44,893 bases of DNA from a virus (lineage: Duplodnaviria > Heunggongvirae > Uroviricota > Caudoviricetes): positions 1 to 44,893 of IMG/VR virus record IMGVR_UViG_3300008261_001827. The stretch is one strand, 5' to 3'. Shown one piece after another: positions 18,423 through 26,000 of this stretch. The translations under genes were made by a program, and so were the position numbers. The notes under the pieces were generated by a model. It had not been told where the DNA came from. It saw nothing but the letters and a program-made list of their open reading frames with translations, and ran no database searches. Each line of letters opens with the position of its first letter. Position 1 is the stretch's first letter.

Positions 18423-19444
18423 AAAGAATATTGATTACTGGCGGAGCCGGATTTATTGCTCACCACCTAGTATGTAAAGTGCTCAGAGAGACAGACTGGG
18501 AGATCGTTACTCTCGATAGATTGGACTACAGCGGCAATCTTAATCGCCTCCACGACTCACTACAAGAGTTCGACAGTGAAACGCGCAAGAGAGTAAGCGT
18601 GGTGTTTCACGACCTTAAAGCTGATATGAACCCGCTCGTTCGTTCAGAAGTAGGAACTGTAAACTACATCGCTCACCTCGCGGCAGGATCGCACGTGGAT
18701 CGTTCAATCGACTATCCGATGGAGTTCGTTCTCGATAACGTAGTTGGAACGTGTAATATACTCGAGTTTGCAAGATCGCAGAAGAGTAACCTTGAGAGAT
18801 TTATATACTTCAGTACGGATGAAGTCTTTGGTCCTGCGCCTGATGGAATTAAGTATGGTGAAAACGATCGCTATAACTCTACTAATCCTTATAGTGCGTC
18901 AAAAGCAGGCGGAGAAGAACTTGCCGTTGCGTATGAGAACACATACGGTCTTCCGATCTATATCACTCATACCATGAATGTCTTCGGTCAGAGACAACAT
19001 CCAGAGAAGTACATACCAATGTGCATTAAGCGAGCTCGTGATGGTGAGAAGATTACAATCCACAGCGATAGAACAAAAACGATCCCAGGATCCCGTCACT
19101 ATATTCATGCAGAAGACGTTGCTGACGCTGTTCTATTCCTTCTTAAGAACCAATTCGATTTAAAGACAGAATGGGGTGGAGCTAAGTGTCCTAAATTTAA
19201 CATCGTCGGCGCAGAAGAGATCAATAACTATGAACTCGCAAAGATCATTGCCGATGCACAGGGTAAGGAACTCAACTACGAGTTTGTTGACTTCCACTCG
19301 AGCCGCCCAGGTCACGACCTTCGTTATGCTCTAGATGGAAGCAAGATGAAGAATCTTGGATGGGAACCTGCTACATCAGTTCGTGAGAGAATTGCAGAAG
19401 TAGTGAAGTGGACTCTAGAAAATGAGAGATGGCTAAAGACATGA
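18419..19444 (+). CDS. rfbB: dTDP-glucose 4,6-dehydratase-like extended SDR
   Basis: TGGAGFIA, HLAAGSHVDRSI, STDEVFG, YSASK, RPGHDLRYALD. Confidence 0.82.
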   Translation: MKRILITGGAGFIAHHLVCKVLRETDWEIVTLDRLDYSGNLNRLHDSLQEFDSETRKRVSVVFHDLKADMNPLVRSEVGTVNYIAHLAAGSHVDRSIDYPMEFVLDNVVGTCNILEFARSQKSNLERFIYFSTDEVFGPAPDGIKYGENDRYNSTNPYSASKAGGEELAVAYENTYGLPIYITHTMNVFGQRQHPEKYIPMCIKRARDGEKITIHSDRTKTIPGSRHYIHAEDVADAVLFLLKNQFDLKTEWGGAKCPKFNIVGAEEINNYELAKIIADAQGKELNYEFVDFHSSRPGHDLRYALDGSKMKNLGWEPATSVRERIAEVVKWTLENERWLKT

Positions 19445-20229
19445 AAGTACTCGTTACAGGAACAAACGGATTTATAGGTCAGAACCTAATCAAAAAATTA
19501 CCATCTGATTGGGAGTTGGTTAAGTTTGATATTAAGGACTATCCAGACACGCGTCCAAAGTATCTAGATTTTAGCAATCTTGACTGGGTAATCCACCTCG
19601 GAGCTCTAAGCTCAACCACTGAGAAGGATGCTAGAAGAGTGATGGACCTAAACCTTGCGTGGTCCATCGAACTCGCAGAAGAATGCGAGAAACATAATGT
19701 GAATTTGCAATGGTCTTCGTCCGCATCTGTCTACGGAAACAAGTATAAGTGTCCGGTTGACGAGAGCAAAACTGTGTATCCTCTCAATCTATACGCAATG
19801 AGTAAGTATTTCTTCGAAGAGTATATGAGATCAAAAGCTCATAAATTTATATGGCAAGGATTTCGTTACTTCAATGTATACGGCCCGTGCGAAGATCATA
19901 AAGGATCTCAGGCCAGTCCGTATAATCAATTCGCGAGACAAGCTCGCGAGACTGGCGTCATTCGAGTGTTTGAAGGTTCTGAAAACTATAAGAGAGACTT
20001 CATACACGTTGATCGTGTAGTAGACGTACATCTTAAAATGATTGAGAAGAAAGAGAGTGGTATCTTTAACCTAGGCTCAGGATCTACTCGCAGCTTTCTT
20101 GACGTTGCGAGAGACGTCGCTCTTATGTACAATGCTAGTATAGAGACAATACCATTTCCTGATCATCTGAGATCTCACTATCAGGAGTATACTCATGCGG
20201 ACATGTACAAATTAAATATGCTTCTCTAA
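19441..20229 (+). CDS. hldD: ADP-L-glycero-D-manno-heptose 6-epimerase
   Basis: HLGALSSTTE, PLNLYAMSK, GFRYFNVYGP..HKGS.AS, FEGSENYKRDF, SGIFNLGSG, IPFPD closely follow HldD/RfaD. Confidence 0.9.
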   Translation: MKVLVTGTNGFIGQNLIKKLPSDWELVKFDIKDYPDTRPKYLDFSNLDWVIHLGALSSTTEKDARRVMDLNLAWSIELAEECEKHNVNLQWSSSASVYGNKYKCPVDESKTVYPLNLYAMSKYFFEEYMRSKAHKFIWQGFRYFNVYGPCEDHKGSQASPYNQFARQARETGVIRVFEGSENYKRDFIHVDRVVDVHLKMIEKKESGIFNLGSGSTRSFLDVARDVALMYNASIETIPFPDHLRSHYQEYTHADMYKLNMLL

Positions 20230-20256
20230 TTCTATTATCCTTATCCGATAAATCTC

Positions 20257-20284
20257 ATTATATCTGAATTATTGAAAATGTCAA
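20257..20284 (-). promoter_or_regulatory. Sigma70-type promoter TTGACA-N16-TATAAT, antisense to island 1
   Basis: + strand attata (20257-62), 16 nt, tgtcaa (20279-84); no ORF with RBS downstream on the minus strand. Confidence 0.7.
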
Positions 20285-20295
20285 CTAAAATAATA

Positions 20296-20339
20296 GGCAT
20301 ACACTCTTTTATAAATAGAAACAAAAAAGAGTGTATGCC
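20296..20339 (+). promoter_or_regulatory. Late promoter TATAAATA (20310-20317) at the loop of a perfect 15-bp inverted repeat
   Basis: ggcatacactctttt (20296-20310) and aaaagagtgtatgcc (20325-20339); 3' arm ends just before ATG 20342. Confidence 0.8.
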
Positions 20340-20341
20340 AA

Positions 20342-20680
20342 ATGACGACTATAGCAAACCTATACGTAGACCAAGGCGTCGATTATTCGATTGACCTATT
20401 TCTCACCACAACCGCCGGTGAAGAGTATGACGCTTCGAATAAATCATTTTACTGTAACATAAAGAAATTATATTCTTCTTCAATTTCCGCAAACGCTGAG
20501 ATCGCTAGTTTTCTTAGCGCGAATACTGGTATGATAGAATTATACATTTCACCAGAAACATCCGAAGCTCTCGATCCTGGTAAGTATACATATGATATAA
20601 TCATGATGAGTCAAGGCGGAACTCGAGTTAAAGTTTTAGAAGGTCTTATGTTTATCTTGCCAACGGTCACAAGGGTATAA
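20342..20680 (+). CDS. Small virion structural protein (T4-like phage conserved)
   Basis: MxxIANLYVDQG...GKYTYDI...KVLEG...PTVT pattern common in T4-like phage structural modules. Confidence 0.7.
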   Translation: MTTIANLYVDQGVDYSIDLFLTTTAGEEYDASNKSFYCNIKKLYSSSISANAEIASFLSANTGMIELYISPETSEALDPGKYTYDIIMMSQGGTRVKVLEGLMFILPTVTRV

Positions 20681-20683
20681 GAC

Positions 20684-20929
20684 ATGTCGGAAACGGTAAG
20701 AGTTACGGTTGGAAGTGAAAGACTAAGAGTTAATGCCGTTGTTGGCAACGAAAAACCTAGAGTTTTTACAAACCAGACAAACTTAATAGTAAGAAGACTT
20801 AGAGATCTGGCAGATGTAGATATGAATACAAATGCTGACGGTTCTATTTTGGTTTACGACTCTGCTTTACAGAAATTTATCGCAACAACAACACTCAGCG
20901 AGCAGGTCATAGATGGCGGCACCTACTGA
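20684..20929 (+). CDS. Small hypothetical fibre-associated protein
   Basis: LRDLADVD...DGSILVYD...KF and C-terminal IDGGTY motif. Confidence 0.65.
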   Translation: MSETVRVTVGSERLRVNAVVGNEKPRVFTNQTNLIVRRLRDLADVDMNTNADGSILVYDSALQKFIATTTLSEQVIDGGTY

Positions 20930-20932
20930 GTA

Positions 20933-20940
20933 AATAAATA
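20933..20940 (+). promoter_or_regulatory. Possible late promoter variant (AATAAATA)
   Basis: Intergenic taaataaata upstream of 20977. Confidence 0.35.
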
Positions 20941-20976
20941 AAGAAAACGACCACATAAAAAGAGTCGAAGAACAAC

Positions 20977-22599
20977 ATGGCCGCTATAATAAAGCATAAA
21001 AGAAGCTCTATTTCAGATAGAGTCCCAACAGTATCGGATCTTGAACTAGGTGAACTCGCCATCAACACCTATGATGGCAACATTTTCTTAAAGAGAAACC
21101 AGGATGGTGATGAAGCCATCATAACGTTTCTTGCTAGCAATCCTGTAAGAAATGTTGTTTACGTTCAAAAGAACGGTGATGATACGAACAGCGGAACATC
21201 TTGGGACGGCGCGTATGCCACAATAGAGAAGGCGCTCGAAGACGCGGCAGACAGAGAAGAAGAAGAAGTCACTCTTATTGAAATAGGCCCAGGCAGGTAT
21301 ACGACACAGGGTCATTTAGATGTGCCAGACAATGTTGTTATTCGAGCAGCTCATAGAAGCGCATTCATAAGCCCTGTCACCGGGTATGAAGAAAGAAACG
21401 TGTTCCGCCTAGGTTCTGGTTGCTTTGTTGAAGGTTTAGTATTCGACAATTGGCGTCTTGATAGTTTGGATAATCCAACAGAAGGTTTTGCGTTCTGTTT
21501 TAGACCAGGTGCAGTAATTCGTAGAGCGCCATACGTTCATAAGGTTGTAGTTAGAACAACTCCATTCTGGGATACTGTTGCGCCACCTTTGGACAGAGAT
21601 AATGCAAATCCACTTATTGGTAGGGGTGCCGGTGTTATTATAGCCGATGGGTCCGTATGTTCAGCATATAGTATCTACCCAAACATTATGGCTTGGGGCG
21701 CTACACCAGTCTCTCATAATGGTATTGGGTATGTCGCAAGGAACGGTGGACTCATTAATGCTGTTAATGCAGTTAGTATGTGGGCACACAAACATTTTCT
21801 TGCTCTTGATGGCGGGCAAATTATTTTATCTTCTTGCTCTACTCAATTCGGCGACTATACTATGGTCGCGGACGGATCAAGAAACATCGTTGTTCCTACA
21901 GAAGTAGCAGAGGGATCATTATCAATACAGACAGCTGCATCAAATGCCGTCTCTGCGGCTAGAACAACAATTATAAATGCTACTTGGAATAATCTCGTGT
22001 CTGGTGGATACACTAACGGGTGGACTGCACAGGACGAAGAATTTATCAGAAGAGAAGCTGCCGCATTTCTTCAGTCAATTGTGTGGGTTCTGCAGACTGC
22101 GAATGAAAAACCAATGCTAGATTTTGCAAAAGGTCTGTTTGATACTATCGGCGAAAAGGTGTATGCAGAGTCAAAAGAAAACGCAATTATACACTCGTTC
22201 GAGTTTATGAGAAACACTATTATTGCATTAGCAAACGTTAATTCTGCTTCAGACACGATAGTAACTAACCTGGTCTCTGCATTAATAGACACGATCGAAG
22301 ATACGAATAGAGTTTCCGAGCCTTCTACGATCACGGCGATAGGCCACACATGGACAGCACTCATGGCCGGTGTCGCGCTAACAAAAATACCACCTGCTAG
22401 AAATTTTGCGACCATCGAAGAAAGTATACTCGAGTTAAATAATGGCATAGTCATTGCGTCTGGCCAAGACGATCAAGGATCGGCTCTCTTCATTGGTGGC
22501 ATGAAGATCGATGCAGATACTGGCGAACTTACGGGTCCTCCATTTGAACAATCAGTTAATAGAATTGCAACTAGAGCAGCAATCGCAAGGAGTTTTTAA
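20977..22599 (+). CDS. Fibre/spike protein with Mtd-N-like head and probable beta-helix domain
   Basis: IKHKRSS...VPTVSDLELGELAINTYDGNIF N-terminus; VYVQKNGDDTNSG.SW..AYATIEKAL is a pectin-lyase-like entry motif. Confidence 0.65.
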   Translation: MAAIIKHKRSSISDRVPTVSDLELGELAINTYDGNIFLKRNQDGDEAIITFLASNPVRNVVYVQKNGDDTNSGTSWDGAYATIEKALEDAADREEEEVTLIEIGPGRYTTQGHLDVPDNVVIRAAHRSAFISPVTGYEERNVFRLGSGCFVEGLVFDNWRLDSLDNPTEGFAFCFRPGAVIRRAPYVHKVVVRTTPFWDTVAPPLDRDNANPLIGRGAGVIIADGSVCSAYSIYPNIMAWGATPVSHNGIGYVARNGGLINAVNAVSMWAHKHFLALDGGQIILSSCSTQFGDYTMVADGSRNIVVPTEVAEGSLSIQTAASNAVSAARTTIINATWNNLVSGGYTNGWTAQDEEFIRREAAAFLQSIVWVLQTANEKPMLDFAKGLFDTIGEKVYAESKENAIIHSFEFMRNTIIALANVNSASDTIVTNLVSALIDTIEDTNRVSEPSTITAIGHTWTALMAGVALTKIPPARNFATIEESILELNNGIVIASGQDDQGSALFIGGMKIDADTGELTGPPFEQSVNRIATRAAIARSF

Positions 22600-22601
22600 T
22601 C

Positions 22602-23066
22602 ATGGCACGTATTACATGTAGAACGCCATCAACCGGAAAACCTTTAAGAATAGCGCAGAATAGTGTAGCTAACACATTTCAAGTAATTGCAGAAGCACCT
22701 GACTTCTCTCTTCCAGACGCATCAAACAAATATTCTGAAAGAGATCCGGCCGACGCTTCACGAGCTATACGCCCTGGAGAGATCTTTTTGCTTACGCCAA
22801 TCTCTGCTAGAAATAAAGATTCTGTTGATAGGTGGATTGAAGTCGTTTTTGTAACTGAAGGTGGTACAACTATTGAAATAGGAAAGATAGAAGTTCCGGC
22901 TGGTGACACTGCGTTTATTCCTATTCAGGGCAGAAGTTTGTTTAAGAGAACGGCATCTAATGCAAATGGCGATAGACTTCAAGTTAGAGCAGAAGTGTCC
23001 GGCGTATTTGATGTTATGGTGGCCGCAGAAGAAAGACTGTCAAGCGAACATAGCGGAGTGGTGTAA
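22602..23066 (+). CDS. Hypothetical virion protein
   Basis: Tightly packed + strand ORF between fibre genes; beta-rich. Confidence 0.65.
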   Translation: MARITCRTPSTGKPLRIAQNSVANTFQVIAEAPDFSLPDASNKYSERDPADASRAIRPGEIFLLTPISARNKDSVDRWIEVVFVTEGGTTIEIGKIEVPAGDTAFIPIQGRSLFKRTASNANGDRLQVRAEVSGVFDVMVAAEERLSSEHSGVV

Positions 23067-23071
23067 GTTAG

Positions 23072-26000
23072 ATGACAGAATTTTTATCAGGAATGAATTT
23101 ATCAGGTAAAGTAAAAAAGACACCTCCTACAGAAGTGTCTCCGGATAGATACAAGTATATTAAACTTTCTGAAACAGAACCAGATCTCGGTGTTCCAGAA
23201 GCAAATAACTATGTTCTTGCGTCTGATACAGAAGGAAATCGCTTTTGGTTAGAGACGAGTGGAGTTCAAGGAACAACTGGCCTTCAAGGTGAGCAAGGTA
23301 CGCAAGGAGTTGAAGGATCTCAGGGTACACAGGGTACTCTTGGTATACAAGGCGAACAAGGTACACAGGGATCTCAAGGCACGCAAGGTCTACGGGGAGA
23401 CCAAGGTCTTCAGGGTACTCTTGGTATACAAGGTGAGCAAGGTACACAAGGATCTCAGGGTGCACAGGGTACTTTTGGTATACAAGGTACGGATGGCAAC
23501 TTTGGCGGGGCATCGTTTGATTACACCTATAGCACTTCCATTATTCAATCTGACCCAGGCACCGGAAGATTAAAGTTCAATGATGCAGACATAACGACTG
23601 CAATTAGAATGTTCATCGATGACACAGATGACAACGGTATTGATATTCAATCATTTTTAAGAACAATCGATGATTCTACTTCAACGATTAAAGGACACTT
23701 TAGAGTATCTAACAGAACTGCGTCTCAACGATTCGCTCTCTATACAATTTCATCTATATCAGAAGAAGCAGGGTTTTTCTTAGTTAACTGTGGGTATGTA
23801 TCTGGGTCAGTTAATAACTTTAATGATAACGAAGATATTATCATTACATTTGCTAGAACTGGAGATATTGGAGATATTGGACCACAGGGCGTGCAAGGTG
23901 CGCAAGGTGTTCAGGGAACTCGGGGTCTTCAAGGCGAACAAGGTCTTCAAGGAACGCAGGGCACTCAAGGTTTCCAAGGTACTACTGGGCCACAAGGCGT
24001 TCAAGGCACAACCGGAACTCAAGGAACGACTGGAACCCAAGGTACTATTGGAACACAAGGTCTTCAGGGAACACAAGGTACCCAGGGTACTACTGGTACA
24101 CAAGGTACAACTGGGACGCAGGGAAATAATGGATCGCAAGGTCTACAAGGAACACAGGGTGAACAGGGAACCCAAGGCGAACAAGGTATTCAAGGTACTC
24201 AGGGAACCCAAGGCGAACAAGGTATTCAAGGTATTACCGGGACGCAGGGTTTTCAAGGAACATCTGGATTTCAGGGAATTCAGGGAACCGCGGCCATAGA
24301 CGGAGCAGAAGGTTCTCAGGGTACGCAAGGTCTCCAGGGTACACAAGGAACTGTCGGATCTCAGGGTCTCCAAGGCGAACAGGGCACTACTGGAACACAG
24401 GGTTTTCAAGGCACGCAAGGTCTTCAAGGAGAACAGGGAACACAAGGACTCCAAGGCAATCAAGGTGAACAAGGACTTCAGGGAACTCAGGGTGAACAAG
24501 GACTCCAAGGCAATCAAGGTGAACAAGGACTTCAGGGAACTCAAGGTACCCAAGGTATCCAAGGCGAACAAGGTACTCAAGGTACTCAAGGTCTTCAAGG
24601 CGAGCAGGGTACTCAAGGTCTTCAAGGCGAACAAGGTACTCAAGGTCTTCAAGGCGAGCAGGGAACTCAGGGAACACAAGGTCTTCAAGGTACTCAAGGT
24701 GAGCAGGGCACTCAAGGAACACAAGGTCTTCAGGGAACGCAGGGAACTCAAGGCACGCAAGGTACTCAAGGTCTTCAAGGCGAACAAGGTATTCAAGGTC
24801 TCCAAGGCATCGAGCTCGTATTAAATTATATTGGATCATGGGTGCAGGCTAGCTATGTAAAAGATACTGTTGCTGTAAGCACGGTTGATGGTAACACTTA
24901 TGTATCAAAGCAAGTCATCACGTCTGTTTATCAGGACCCTGCGGTTAATACTACTGAATGGGAACTATTTGTTCTACAAGGAACTCAGGGTCTTCAAGGT
25001 GAGCAGGGAACTCAGGGTCTTCAAGGTGAGCAGGGAACTCAGGGTCTTCAAGGTGAGCAGGGAACTCAGGGTCTTCAGGGTGAGCAGGGAACTCAGGGTC
25101 TTCAGGGTGAGCAAGGTACACAAGGACTTCAGGGTGAGCAGGGAACTCAGGGTCTGCAGGGAGATCAAGGTCTTCAAGGTAATTTTGGTATACAAGGTAT
25201 ACAAGGATCTACCGCAGGAGATGCTGCAACTCTAGACGGATTGGATAGTCTTCAATTCGTAAGATCCGATGTTAGCACCACGATGACCGGTGGTTTCTTA
25301 ACTCTTGCACAAGATCCATCTGGTAATCTACAAGCCGTCACAAAACAGTATGTAGATACACTAGTATCTGCGGCTATACATTATCACGACCCAGTTAGAG
25401 TAGAGTCACCAATCTCTCTTAATGCTATTTATGATAACGGAATATCAGGAGTTGGCGCTACATTAACGAATGGCGGAACTCAGCTAGGTCTTATTATAGA
25501 TGGAATTACGCTAAGTACTGACAACCGTGTTCTTTTATATCAACAAGCTAACACGGCTCATAACGGCGTGTATACAGTCACAGATACTGGTTCTGCAAAT
25601 ACTGATTGGGTTCTTACTCGTTCAACCGATACAGATTCTTACAGCCCAAGCGATTCTGGAAGTATAGGTAGAGGCGACGCGTTTTACGTCCTAGAAGGTA
25701 ACACCGGAGCCGGCGAACTCTATGTACTGACCACAGAAGGAGTCATTACATTTGGAAGCACTGGCATAAACTTCTCACAGATAAGCTCTTCACAGATTTA
25801 CAAAGCAGGCGCTGGATTAGAACTCAATGGTGTTGAGTTTTCTATTAATCCAGATGCGAATATTATAGTAAGTGGAGTTACAATACAAAGTATAGGACCT
25901 GTAATAAACTCAAGCGGTACGTGGGTTGGAGATCCAACTAATTTACAGGGAGCTCAGGGTACAACCGGATCGCAAGGTCTTCAAGGATCTCAAGGTACGG

